From NCBI GenBank assembly GCA_964106915.2, contig OZ066919.1: a stretch of 64,000 nucleotides of DNA; one strand, written 5' to 3'. Numbering within the stretch: the first letter of the stretch is position 1; every line of letters starts with the position of its first letter. Made by a program: the position numbers and the translations under genes. Below, in pieces: positions 49,880 through 62,718 of the stretch. The notes under the pieces were generated by a model, which made no database searches, was not told where the DNA came from, and worked only from the letters and a program-made list of their open reading frames with translations. This DNA comes from Podarcis gaigeae (Eukaryota).

Positions 49880-51069
49880 TACTTTATTTATCAAAGAGTT
49901 CTTTTCAGTATGGTCAGCTTTTCAGTGTTTAATGGAAGTAGAGGCTGGCAATAAGGCTGACCAGGATTTTAATATTTTGGGTCCTACACCTTTAAACTGT
50001 TGTCTTGCATGGCACCTGCCCAAATCTCCAACTTTGTGCACAGCGGTTCCAGAAGCCTTGATATAATTTTGCTTGGTTTTATCTAGTTTTTAGGAAATTT
50101 TATTGAATATTATTGTTGCATAGTACTATATGTTTATTGCTTTTGTGGAAACGAGCTAGATATTTGTTATTATAAATAAATAAGATTATGTGGATAGCTT
50201 GGCTACCTCAGGTTTGGATTATTACATTTCCTCAAATCAGAAACAGTAAATTTTGCCGTAGGCCCCATCACCATAACTTTTTGGTATAAAAATGTATGCA
50301 TTCAGGTTGGCAGTAGGATGCACTGACATTTAATAAAGAGAGAAGTGGTCTTGCGTGAAACCAGCTGCTCAAGACAAAGCAAACACTTGCTTAGCTGATT
50401 TCTATGTCCTGTCCCATGGCTACCAGCACTTCAGCCTTGGCCGTTTTGTTCCAGGACAAATAACAAAGCCAGAGGAATCAAAAACAAATCATGTGAAAAG
50501 CACTTGGGGGGAGGGGGGAGGATGTTACCATGGCAATAAGAAAGTCAAGTATTATTTTTCCCATGAGATATTGGAAGGTTGTAGTTTCAGTTCATTTCTT
50601 TCTCCCCCTGCCCAATAGTGTTTAACTGTATTATTATCATTATTTATTTTATTTACTAAATTTGTATACCACCTTTCATTCTAGGATCCAAGGGCAGTTC
50701 ACAACAGAAAAATACAAAATGAGAACACAAATTGCATAATAAAACAAAAACCAATAACCCTCCCCCCACAAACATATTTAAAATGCCATATAAGCTTAAT
50801 CATTCAAAGGCCTGGTTAATAGAGAAATGTTTTCGCTTGATGCCTAAAGGTATGTAATGAAGGTGCCAGGTGAGCCTCCCTGGGGAAATCATTCCACAAA
50901 CCACCGCAAAATGCCCATTCTTTTGTTGGTACCCTCCAGACCTCTCGTGCAGGAGGCACACGACAAAGAGCCTCAGATGATGATTGCAGGGTCTGGGTCA
51001 TTTCATATGGGGAGAGGCAGTCCTTGAAGTACCATAGATTCTGGCATAATAGGCGATTGGGTGTATAAG

Positions 51070-53648
51070 CCTACTGGTTTTGGGAGACTTCAACGTCCAT
51101 GCTGATACTGCTCCCTCCTCACAGGCTCTGGACCTAGTGACTTCCATGGCAACACTAGAGCTCTCCCAGTTTGTTTTGGGCCCCACTCATCAAGCAGGCC
51201 ACACGCTGGATCTGATCTTTGGGGCTGGCATAGATGTGATCATGCTCCCCCCTGTGGAAGTGCCATGGTCTGATCACTATGCTCTGAAAGCCAAGATTGA
51301 TTTCCCGCTCTTCCCCTGCTCAGTTGGCGAACCTATTTGGGCTCGTCCACGAAAACTGATGGATCCTGATAGATTCCAACAAGCCTTGCAGGACCCTGCT
51401 CCTCCTGGCAACTCAATAGATGACCTTGTTGAGAACTGGAATAACCGGCTCTTGGCAGCCATTGATGAGATCGCGCCTAAGTGCCCTCTGCGACCCTGTC
51501 GAAACCGGGCCCCTTGGTTTACTGAGGAGCTCCAGAAAATGAAGCAGGATCTCAGACGGCTAGAGCGAGTATGGCGACGGACTCGTGACGGAGCCTCAAG
51601 AACATCTTATAGGAGGCTTATGAAAGCCTATGAGATGGCTATGAAAGCTGCTAAGAAATCTTACTTTGCAGCTTCCATTGCATCCTCTAGCTCTCGTCCG
51701 GCACAGCTTTTTAGAATATTTACGTCAATAACATCCTTAGGAGGACAACCAAATTTAAGCACAAATTCGACCTACAGCTGTGAGGCATTCGTGAGCTTTT
51801 TTGCGGAGAAAGTCCTGTTGCTCCGCCGTGACCTCCCTGCCAATTTAGATACAGTGACTGAACTGGAGGCCCCTCGACTGACTTCAGGTCCAGTGTTGGA
51901 CCATTTCGATCAGATACTCCCTGCTGATGTGGATAGATTCCTCCAAGTTGGTAGGCCCACCACCTGCCTCCTTGATCCGTGCCCGTCTTGGCTGATTAGG
52001 GAGTGTCCAGATGTTGCACGGACCCCCCTGGTTGAAATTATCAATTTGTCCCTTGACACGGGGACATTCCCAGGGGAAATGAAGGAAGCAGTGGTGTGTC
52101 CACTCTTAAAGAAAACTTCATTAGATCCCTTAGACCTATCCAATTACCGCCCAGTTTCAAATCTTCCATATCTGGGTAAGGTAATTGAGAGAGCAGTTGC
52201 TGAACAGCTTGGTAGGTTTCTGGAGGAAACATCGGCTTTAGATCCATTTCAGTCTGATTTCCGTCCTGGTTTTGGGATCGAGACGGCTCTGGTTGCCCTA
52301 ACAGATGATCTCCGTAGACAACTGGATCGAGGCGGGTCAGGACTGCTGATCCTTTTAGATTTGTCAGCAGCCTTTGACATGGTCGATCATGATCTTCTGG
52401 ACCATCGCCTCGCATAGCCTGTAACTGGCTGTGCTCTTTTATCTCTGGTCGGGGCCAGAGGGTGGCACTAGGGAGGGAATTGTCGTCGCGCCACTCCTTG
52501 GTGTGTGGAGTGCCACAGGGCACAATTCTCTCCCTGATGCTCTTTAACATCTTTATGTGCCCCCTTGCCCAGATTATCCGGAACTTTGGGCTGGGCTGTC
52601 ACCAATATGCTGATGACACTCAGCTCTATCTGCTGATGGATGGCCACACCAACTCGGCCCCGAACACACTGACCAGATGCTTGGAAGCTGTGGCTGGGTG
52701 GTTTTGTGGGAGCCAATTGAAACTAAATCCTTCAAAGACAGAGGTCCTATGGCTGGGTCGGGATGGCATGGGGATGAGGGACCAACTCCTTTCTCTTGCG
52801 GGGGCCCAATTAGTGTCATTGCCTTCCGTTAAGAGTTTGGGTGTAATCCTTGACACCTCCCTTTCCATGGAGGTGCAAGTTACAGCAACAGCCAAGGCGA
52901 CATTTTTCCACCTTCGCCGCATCAAGCAGTTGGTCCCTTACCTTTCCTGCCCCGATCTGGCCACAGTGATGCATGCGACAGTCATCTCCAGGCTTGACTA
53001 CTGTAATTCGCTCTACGTGGGGCTGCCCTTGAAGCTGTCCCAGAAACTCCAGCGGGTGCAGAATGCTGCAGCGAGGCTCCTCACGGGGTCTCTGCCATGG
53101 GAGCATATTCACCCAGTGCTTTTCAAGCTGCATTGGCTCCCGGTGGAGTACAGGGTCAGATTTAAGGTGCTGCTTTTGACCTTTAAAGCCCTTCACGGCC
53201 TAGGACCCTCGTACCTACAGGACCGCCTCTCCCGGTATGCCCCACGGAGAGCCTCAAGGTCCATAAACAGCAACACCCTAGTGGTCCTGGGCCCTAAGGA
53301 AGTTAGATTAGCTTCAACAAGAGCCAGGGCCTTTTCAACTCTGGCTCTGGCCTGATGGAACGCTCTGCCTCATGAGACCAGGGCCCTGCAGGATCTGATT
53401 TCTTTCCGCAGGGCCTGTAAGACAGAGTTGTTCCGCCTGGCCTTTGGCTTGGAGCCAATTTGATTCCCTCCCTCTCTTTTTTCTTTTCCTTCTCCTGCGA
53501 TGAGGCTATCTTTTAATATTTTAATGTTGTATTTTAATTTTTTTTAAAGTTGTAATAATTCAACTTGTTTTTATTATTGCTTGTAAGCCGCTCTGAGCCC
53601 AGCCTTGGCTGGGGAGGGCGGGGTATAAATAAAAAATTATTATTATTA
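51070..53648 (+). mobile_element. Relatively young 5'-truncated L2-clade LINE
   Basis: APE C-terminus (LGDFNVH, THQAGHTLDL, WSDH), RT (NYRPVSNLP, LDLSAAFD, GVPQG, QYADD), 3' end ggcggggtataaataaaaaa(TTA)n. Confidence 0.95.
51080..53355 (+). pseudogene. L2 ORF2 (endonuclease/reverse transcriptase), broken into two frames
   Basis: ORFs 51080-52417 (445 aa) and 52462-53355 (297 aa); frameshifting lesion near 52413 and a stop at 53353-53355. Confidence 0.92.
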
Positions 53649-54224
53649 GATGACCCCCCCCCAAAAAAATTGGCAGCTGCCAATTTGGGGGGTTGCCTTA
53701 TACACTTCGGCAGCTTCGCTGGGCAGTGGATGGCGGGCTCCGCGCCGGGAGGAAGCTGCCCAGCGAAGCTAAGCCGGCTTCACTGGCCGGCTTCCTCCTG
53801 GTGCAGAGCGGAGCCCGCTGCCCACTGCTGCTGCCCAGCAAAGCTGCCACCGCCGCAGCAGTGAGCAGTGGGCTCCACGAAGCCGGCTTAGCATCGCTGG
53901 GTAGCTTTCTACTGGCACGGAGCAGAGCCCGCCACCCACTGCAGCCATACCTGGCGTATAAGACGGCCCCTGACTTTTTAACCTCTTTTCCGGGGTTAAA
54001 AACTCGTCTTATACGCCAGAATCTATGGTATTGTGGTCCTGAGCCATTTGAGGCTTTATAGGTCAAAACCAACAGTTTGAATTGGGCCTGAAAACTGATT
54101 GACAGCTCATGCAGTATCCCTAATCTGTCCCAATTGCCCAGTGCCAGGAACACACACTCTAGATCGCTCCATCCTCCCAATTGGACAGAGAGCTTGGAGA
54201 GAGAGATGGAATCTTTCTAGACTA

Positions 54225-54449
54225 CAGTGGTACCTTGGGTTACATACGCTTCAGGTTACAGACTCTGCTAACCCAGAAATATTACTCAGGTTAAGAACTT
54301 TGCTTCAGGATGAGAACAGAAATCGTGCAGTGGCAGCGCAGCAGCAGCAGGAGGCCCCATTAGCTAAAGTGGTGCTTCAGGTTAAGAACAGTTTCAGGTT
54401 AAGAACAGACCTCCAGAACGAATTAAGTTCTTAATCCAAGGTACCACTG
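54225..54449. mobile_element. Tigger/pogo-like MITE
   Basis: TA|CAGTGGTACCTTGG ... CCAAGGTACCACTG|TA; inverted relative of 16649-16887. Confidence 0.9.
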
Positions 54450-56294
54450 TACAACAATTTCCCCTCCCCGACCCTCAGGTCTGCCCTGCTGCTTCACCAA
54501 ATACCCAGCCAGGTGAGCACAGTTGGGTGAGACCAACATCACCCTGTCCACCCACCCAGATCTCTCTGATACAGACCAGATCAGCCTCATTCACAGTCAG
54601 ATCCTGGATGATGGAGGCCTTACTCAGAACCAATCTGGCATTCAGCAACAGCAGCGGCAGACCTGAGAGCTGGTTGATAGAACGTTTGCAATTCCCCAGG
54701 TTGGAGGAGGGGCTGGTGCATGGCACAGTCACTCACTACCTGTACCATGAGCTCTTACCTGGCCTGCCCCAGCCCCATTCCTACCCCATGCCTTCCCTTG
54801 CCCAGAACCACTGCAATTGGGGTGTTTAAGCTTATTAATTCTGTTGCTTCCAAAACTGAGCTTGGGGGGAAATTATTTGGTCTTGATGCTCATGTTGAAG
54901 GATGTGTAGCATGTGCACCTGCATTGCCAGTCTTTATGTGGTGAGTGGGGAGAAAGAAACATGTCATGTATCTGTAGTCTTACTATGACTTCAGCAGAAC
55001 ATTCCTTTTGCCTCATCACATGTAGTGCTTCTCAGAAGGAAACTTAGTGCCCTATGTCTGAAGGATTATTTATTAGGTCTCTGTGCTTGTGCCAAATGTA
55101 GCATGGAAACTCTTCCTACCATAAGCCTGGCACTAGATCATACTCCGAATTTACGATTTTACTCCTGAAAGACAGGCAGTTTTTGAATAAAAATATACTT
55201 AGTAAGACCAAAACTAATGATAAAAAGTGAAAAACTAATTAAAACTGACATGTCTGGCCTTGAAGGGTGTTCTATTGTTTTGCTACCTGGGTGGTGGAAA
55301 AAAAAGAAGCAATTGCAGGTTCTTTTTTTAACACTGATAATGCAGTCATATAACATCATTTGGAATGGCAAGCAGGCAGTCTATATCAGTTTTTTTACTC
55401 AGCAGTATTTTTACTGCTGATAGTCACTGCTGTTCCTAGTGACTAAATCAAATACTCTTCTTAAAGCTCTACTTTCAAGCCTATTCTGTGAGCTTCCAGA
55501 ACTGTTTCTTGTATAATTGTAACCAATTTTCTTGACACACCTCTTTCTGGTTGCCAAGTAACCAGTCATATTGCTAGGAATCCATATTGCTATGGTATCC
55601 TCATTTCTGTTTCTCCCCCCACCCCACCTCTATTTAATTTTCTGCTTTAATTAATCAATTTTATAAAGCAGAAACATCTAGCTTTGTCCTTATGAACACA
55701 AGACACTGATATAATATATGTAAGAACGACAGCTGATGATTAAGGATATGATTTTAGGTGACGTGTGTGTTGCAATCAGCTAAACAGGCCCCTTGCTATG
55801 AGAATTCAGGTTGCTACGGTTACCTATAGAAACTAGGACTTTGGGTTAACTCAGGACATCGATGCACAAAGCTCAGTATCTCACGTCCCTCTACACCAGC
55901 ACAGATAACGTGTCATTGCCTCTGTATCTGACTCCATATCCAGTACATCATTTATAGGTTAGCTTTCTGAAAATTACTATATAGAATTAATCATATAACA
56001 GTTTGCAACAGAACAGAACTGGGGTCAGCTTTAAACAAAAACAAAAAGGGTCTGGACTGACCAACTGAAGTACTTAAATTCTTAAAGCCTCTGCTGCTTT
56101 AGTGTTCAGCTGTGTACACCTTACCATTTACTCCAGTGCAATTCCACTGCTAGTTTTTGAAGCCACATGACATTGGCCACAATCCATCTATATGCCGTAG
56201 TTTCCTGAGAAGTAGTGCTGATTGATAATGTTTTCTCCCAAACTAGCTTCCAGCTGATTTGAAAACGTAAGCCCTGGTTAAGGTGTGTACATTT

Positions 56295-56440
56295 TTGTGT
56301 GCCTCCTCCACGAGAGGTCCGGAAGGTGGCAACACAAGAACAAACCTTTTCTGCAGTTTCTCCCTATTTGTGGAATGCTCTCTCCAGGCAAAAACTTTCC
56401 TCTATAACCAAGCCTTTGGCCTTTAACTATTTGTGGCCTT
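56295..56440 (+). mobile_element. Short L2 3' fragment
   Basis: gaggtccggaaggtggcaacacaagaacaaaccttttctg matches L2 at 1795-1860. Confidence 0.6.
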
Positions 56441-57110
56441 TTGGAAGAGCACAGGTTACCATGCATGTGCAAAGGACAACTTCACTGAAAAGGGGTTCTG
56501 GGACAGAGGGTTATAGCTGTAGGGAAACAAATCAAGTAATCAGTAATGGTGTGTACAGCAATGTAAACAGTGGGGGGAAACAACCTCACTGTGTTTCAAG
56601 CTTCTAATATGTACATGGCCTCAGACTTTGAGATCTGTATCCCAGTATAACAAGCTCTCCCTGGAGGGAGTTCAGGTATCTTATGGGTGGTCTTGATAAT
56701 GTGATTCACCACAAAACAAGATCACAATAGAATTTTAAACACATATAAATAAAAACTAATTGAGGCAGTGAGAAATCAAGCAAGGATTAGATTATTTACG
56801 TGCTACACATTTCTTAATAGCTACTCATTGGACTTCAACATCTTTCCGATTAATTAGTTAATTTAAAATCAGTATGTCAAAAATGAGTTTAGCTTTGCAG
56901 TAATAAAAGTAAAATAGAACACATTTTAAAGTAACCATTAATATAACATTAACAGTTGCATTTTTATCATTGGTTAATTATGTTTATTTGTTTCAGCCAC
57001 GGGCCATAACAAAATTACAAACAAATTCAGACATAAAATCAGAGGCAGAGGTACAGCAGCAGATAATAAACCAAAAGGGGGAAAATATTATTAGCACTAC
57101 AGGAATAACT

Positions 57111-57233
57111 TAAGGTTACCAGACGTCCCTGTTTTCCGGGGACAGTCCCCGGATTTACAAATCAGTCCCCATACAAAATCCATTCAAGTTGAAAAGTGTC
57201 CCCAGATTCATTGGGAAAAATCAGGTAACCTTA
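57111..57233. mobile_element. hAT MITE with perfect 8-bp TSD
   Basis: TIR TAAGGTTACCAGA ... TCAGGTAACCTTA; TSD GAATAACT at 57103-57110 and 57234-57241. Confidence 0.92.
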
Positions 57234-58565
57234 GAATAACTGTCTTTGGGGAAATCCAGGTTATATGAAATTACATAATCATCTGGATCAGTGGTTGCCA
57301 ACCTTTTTGAACCGGTGGACAAATTCTGAATTTTGAAAGAGTGCAGTGGGCACCAATCCCAAACTAGCTGCCATGGAGGCGTGGTATAACGCAAAATGGC
57401 TGCGATGGGGACAGAGCATTACATAGCATGGCTACCACGGGGGGAATGTTTGAAGAGGAAAAGGTATACTACAGGGGAAGCATAGCCTTGGAAAGAATTA
57501 CCATTCCATCATAAATATCTAGTGCTGTTAACTGAGGTTTGTGTAATAGAGTGTTTGTTTACAACCACTGCTCTTCTTGGTAGTCTTGCTAGTCTTTATT
57601 AGCTGATGGTTGCTTGACCTATAAGGCACTTACTCTGGCTGAGACCCAAAAGTGGGCCATGGGTTATTTTGAGATGAGCCTCAATGCCACAGCCAGACCA
57701 GTATCTCCTTATTGGCTTGTCCAACCCTCTAACATGCCATAGCCTTTTGGCTGAACCAATGCCAGCACCAGCAACTCATTGTATGCACAACAAAGGTGGC
57801 TAGGAGATAGAGAAATGCCGTTGGGATGAGGAAAGGAATGTGTCCCTCCTTTGAGGGGAAAATATGCTAGAGGAAGTTTTGAAGGAAACTGGAATAAGAT
57901 GACGATGATTGTAATACATAAACGGGGAAAAGAGAAGAGTATAAGAGAGGAAAGTTGTTATGAGGAGAAATAAGTGAATGTCCCTCAGGGAGGAGAGATA
58001 AAAGGAGCTGGCAGTTTGGGCGGGGGTGGTGGTATGAGAATAAAGTATAAATTGAGTATGAAGGGGAGATGGAAGAAGAAATTACCTGAGGGAGCTAATG
58101 ATTTGCAAGACATGGGGGATGGGAAGGGAAAAGTGTAAAAGAAATAGCCTTCTCCATGTAGAGCCTCTGGATCTGCTGGAAGGCTGTCACAGAGCTCAGT
58201 AGAAGGCTACCCAGAGCTCAGTAATTTCCAACTGATCATGTCAAACTCTGCCTCAGTCTGTCATGATTTTGTGACAGGACCTGCTCCTACACCACCATTT
58301 TTTGATTGGTGGGCCTCATTAATTTCTGACTGCCTTAGTTGGGCGCTAGGGGTACAAAATTTGAGAATCTCTGTTACAAGGTTCAAAATTCAAATAATTG
58401 CCAGATGGGTGCAATCAAACACACATTTAATCAAGAACTCACCATAGTGTGAAATAAAACTTTTTCATAATGTTTTTTTATTTATACCCTCCCATCTGAC
58501 TGGGTTCCCCCAGCTACTCTGAGCAGCTAACTTATCCTTCCCATTTAACTGTTCATAGCCTGATC

Positions 58566-58700
58566 CAGCATTTCTCAACCTTGGGTCTCCAGATGTTGTT
58601 GGACTACAACTCCCATCATCCTTGACCACTGGTCCTGCTAGCTAAGGATGATGGGAATTGTAGTTCAACAACATCTGGGGACTCAGCTTCAGAAAGGCTG
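58566..58700. mobile_element. Palindromic hAT-type MITE
   Basis: Same body as 13789-13920 (ccagatgttgttggactacaactcccatcatcc...gggaattgtagttcaacaacatctgg). Confidence 0.8.
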
Positions 58701-60917
58701 GTCCAATCGCTAAGTGAATCCCAACAGATTTTATCTTTCTACCCTACAAATTATTTCACCATCAGAGGGCGATAAGAGGAATAACAAATAAAGATGGGTT
58801 TGGCTCCAGGGTATTGATTTATATCATTTATTAATAATAGTGCAGCAATCTCTTCTGTCTCAGTCACAGCAGCTTTATATTGGGGTATACCCTGTGAATG
58901 TGAGCTAAATCTACGATGTAAAAGATTTTCCAAGTTGGTTTTGCCGCCATGTGGATGACTTCATACAAGACTTAACAACTGTATATGTATTTGTCTTGGA
59001 AGGCAGCACTTTATGTTTGGTAATTATTTTCAAATTTTTCAATAACATTTGTAAAAACAAAATGTGGGGGAGAAAATTATACGTTGTAATCTTTTAAATC
59101 CCAGTAGAAATGCTAATTACTCCTCTGCTTTTCCAACATAAGCATTAAAGCCCCTTTCCAATAAAGTTACTGAATTTAAATAACTATTCTTCATTAGTTA
59201 AGTTGCTGAATACTTAAGTCCTTCCAAATAACAATAATATCACTTGGGATAATATAGACGCTTAACATTATATAATTAAATTATTTCATTTAACCTTTTA
59301 TAATTACGGTAAATTATTTTTTGATGTGTAACTTCATGATCAGAATTTATTAACCATAATTAATTGTTCACAATCTGTTTTCAGGTCATCAACACACACA
59401 CACACATCATCATCAACATAAACACACACACAATCTGGGCCCTCCATACCCACTTGCAGAAAAAAACAATCCAGTGAGTTAGGATCTTATCCATTAATAA
59501 TTGTATAATCTCAGTTTCCTAAAGACGAACAGCCAAACACAGTATCATATTTCATTAATAAAGAAAATCATACCCTCCCTCCCAACACATATTGTTGGTG
59601 TTCCATTTTTCCAGAACAAAAGCATAACATTTGCTTATCCACGGAGTTTGGGGGAGTAGAGGGCCAAGTGTAATTCTGAGTTGTTTGGAAAACTATATTT
59701 ATTTTCTGCTTACAATTGTTTGACTACCGAACAGATCATCATCTGAGTCCTTCATTTCCTAGTATGCGGCATTTTGTGCCCTTATTGTGCTGTTTGAGAG
59801 GACTGAATTTGAAAGTTTTTCATCTGATCTGCTTAGATCCAGAATCTCATAGCCCAGAAGGGTGACTTTGGAAAGAGACAATATGTTATTCCATTGTATA
59901 GCTCTGTCAGAAACTTGTGTTCCTTCAGTTAAAATACAAAATCAAGTGAGCTCTAGGGACACACACTTTTATCTTCCTACCCTGTCCATTCATGAGCTTT
60001 CTGTGGGCTCATGAAACAGGAAACCTTGAAAAAGTAGAAGTGTGGCTGTAATTGGGATTATTCTATTTTTAGCCCGTGAAGCAAGCAGTCTGCTGTCCTG
60101 TCCGTGTCCCAGCAGAGGTGTTACATAACTCTGACTTAATTCTCTGTATCTGCTGCTACATCAACTTCCCCTTTCCTTTGAACTTTGCTTTTAAAACAAA
60201 ACAAAACACCAGGCCTTTAATTCTTTAAACTCTTTACTTAACAGGAATATTAAGCACTACGTTTACAGCAGCTCCTTAAGGGCATTGGGAAGTTCTGAAC
60301 AGAAATTAACCAAATGATTTAAGAAACAAAACAAAACTCACACAACCTTGATTATCTAGCAATAACTTCAAATATGTTGGACACTACTACTTTCAAATTA
60401 AGAGATTTCTGTAATTTGCTAATTCTAGAGTTGTCACCTGTGTTTATTTAGGGTAAAAGCATAACAGACAAGTACATGATCATGATTGTTCTTTGATATT
60501 CTTTTTAAGGGTCATTGTGTTTCCTGCTTAGTTAATCTGTGAATCTGGATGCTTGTGCTCACGTTATGGCCTTTGTAGCCTGGCCATTTTCCAGATTCCA
60601 AGAATGGATAGTGCATCTGGTTGGTGAGATAAACCCAGGATGTACTCTTTAACCTACTCTGGATTAACCAGGAGAAAGGGAAAGCAAGGTGTGTAAGGAA
60701 CAGAAGCTGAGCAGCATAGGAGAAATTTAGAAAAGATGTGTAGTGTTATCAAGGCATCATAATGTCTAGGTCAAGCCCGTTTTAGGCTGAGTATATACTG
60801 TATACTGTGGGGGTTGGGGGTTTGTTTTGTTTTTTTATTTAAATACGTTGTGGCAGATTAGTTCATTATACTAGGCTTGTTGTATATGTACAAAGCTGAT
60901 TTGAGACGACTGGAGAG

Positions 60918-61285
60918 CTAAGAACATAAGATGAATCTGCTGAATCAGGCCAATGGCCCATCTGGTCCAACATCCTGTTCTCACAGTGGCCAACCAGATG
61001 CCTGTGGAAGTCTGCAAGCTGGACACGAATGCAACAGCATTCAGCCTGCCTGCAATTCCCAAGAACTGGTGTTTAGAGGCACAAATCCTCTTGACAGTGG
61101 AGGTAGAACATAGCCATTGTGGCTAACAGCTGTTGATAGCTTTATCCTCCTTGAAAATGTCTAATCCTCTCCAAAAGCCATCCAAACAAGTGGCCATCGC
61201 ATTGTGGGAGAAAATTCCATAGTTTCAACTATGTGCTACATGAATAAGTACTTTCTTTTGTTCATTCTGAATCTTCCAACAATAG
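60918..61285 (-). mobile_element. CR1 LINE 3' fragment
   Basis: taagaacataag repeat end, caggccaatggcccatctggtccaacatcctg and ttccatagtttcaactatgtgc...aagtactttcttttg, typical of reverse-strand reptile CR1 ends. Confidence 0.75.
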
Positions 61286-61384
61286 GTAGTCACAGGCCCT
61301 ACTTTTTGCAAGAATTGATAATCTAGAAAAAGAATGTTCCTTTTATATATGTATGGCTCCTAGGCATCCTTGTGAGGCACGCTG

Positions 61385-62306
61385 CTTTCCTTTTTTTCTT
61401 TTTTAAAAAAACGACAACCCATTTATTGTTTTATTACAACTATATGTAACAGTATATTCAGCATAAATATATATAGTACATGTTAAAAGAGTTCTCAATC
61501 AAGTAAATTCGATAGCAAGATACCCCAGGACAATCTATATATAAATGTTAAGCACGGAAAGACGTCCTGTTTTGTTTGCTTATCTAAATTCTCCATCAAG
61601 TAAAGTAAAATAGCCACTAAAGTGCAAAAAAAGGTAAAGAAAGAAATAAGAGGTTAAGGTCTCCCCTTGCCTTGCCCCCAGATGCTTAGATTGTTCCTAA
61701 GACAATGTATGATTGGACCGCATCTTGTACTTCTTCATTTTACTTATTCATTATTGAATACCAGTTATTTATGAATGAATTATATTGTTGCCTTTTAATT
61801 TTTATAAAGCTCTAGTTAGTAAGTTAGTATGTATTATAAAGTTAGTTTGACCATGTAAGCCAAGTACCAGACTCTTAGTTAGCCAGTCCCCAATAAAGGG
61901 TGGATTAATCTTATAACTGATAGTTACCAGGGTTGCTGTTTGGAAATAAGTGATCATTGATTTGCCACCAGGGGACAAGGCGGCTTTTACATAACCCAAA
62001 AGCATAATTAATGGTCCATGGGCAGTTCATAAGCAGTCATTATTTTTAGTTTACTTACTACCTGGACTTTGATTTTAGGGCATGCCCAAAATATGAGACA
62101 TATTGACAGTGCTCTTGTGATTTCTCAGACAGCTATTTGTAAATATTTGGGTTAATCTTTGTGATATGAGGTACCATTTAAAAATCAGCTTGTATTTATT
62201 TAAGATCCATACAAACCATAAAGGTACTCCAATGTTTTTCATTCTATGGCAAAAAGTGCTTAATATTCTCACTGCATCTTTGTCCTTGCAGTAGTTTAGC
62301 CTCATT
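61385..62306 (-). mobile_element. Old, decayed L1 3' portion
   Basis: Remnant KWYLISQRLTQIFTNSCLRN...SHILG parallels RWYMTPVKLAKIY...CWKC...HLWW of the young L1; T-rich tail at ~61390. Confidence 0.6.
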
Positions 62307-62718
62307 TAGGGATGGGCCAATCTGTCAGTTTGGTTTTCTCTCAGTTGCTCATTGCTCCAATTTTTCTGTTCTCCACATTTCCACATTAGACTGCATTTTT
62401 TTCAGTGTACAAAAAATCCTCATGAATTCATAAGCATTTTCATATTTACAATATTGGATGTAATTTTCCATAATACAAGCATTTTTTCAAGGCAGTTTAC
62501 CACAATATAACACATTTTGTTACATTATTTCCACTATTATTTTTATGCACATTTTGCATTATGCATTTCTGTGCACATTACTTGGTCGGAGAACTATAAT
62601 ACAAAATTCAGAGAAGTTGAATTTTGAAGGATGGCTAGGATTTGGTTTGCATATTCTCTTTGGAAAGTGTGGATTGGGCAATTCACCTTTAAATTGAATC
62701 AAATTTCTCCCCTAACCC
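62307..62718. mobile_element. Non-autonomous DNA element (inverted copy of the 12185-12581 family)
   Basis: Starts TAGGGATGGGCCAATCTGTCAG; internal acattttg repeats; matches the reverse complement of 12185-12581 and 23300-23790. Confidence 0.65.

Larger units (their letters stand above)
51032..54028. mobile_element. pogo/Tc2-like MITE split by an L2 insertion (left arm 51032-51069, right arm ~53649-54028)
   Basis: TA|CCATAGATTCTGGC ... GCCAGAATCTATGG|TA, perfect 14-bp TIR about 3 kb apart. Confidence 0.88.
50630..54890 (-). mobile_element. Old, internally deleted L2 split by later insertions (pieces ~50630-51031, 54029-54224, 54450-~54890)
   Basis: 3' piece matches the reverse complement of L2 at 1640-2100 and rejoins across the TA target; the 5' piece encodes APE N-terminal LLLLNARLVLSKASIIQDL...ADLVCIREIW. 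Confidence 0.8.

Noticed and set aside
51080-53355. Domesticated or novel reverse-transcriptase system
   Set aside because: 5'-truncated inside the endonuclease, frameshifted, ends in an L2 (TTA)n tail and sits inside a MITE: an ordinary dead L2 copy.
57800-58150. Purine-rich tract as a triplex or regulatory element
   Set aside because: Low-complexity sequence without clear mirror repeats; no supporting evidence.
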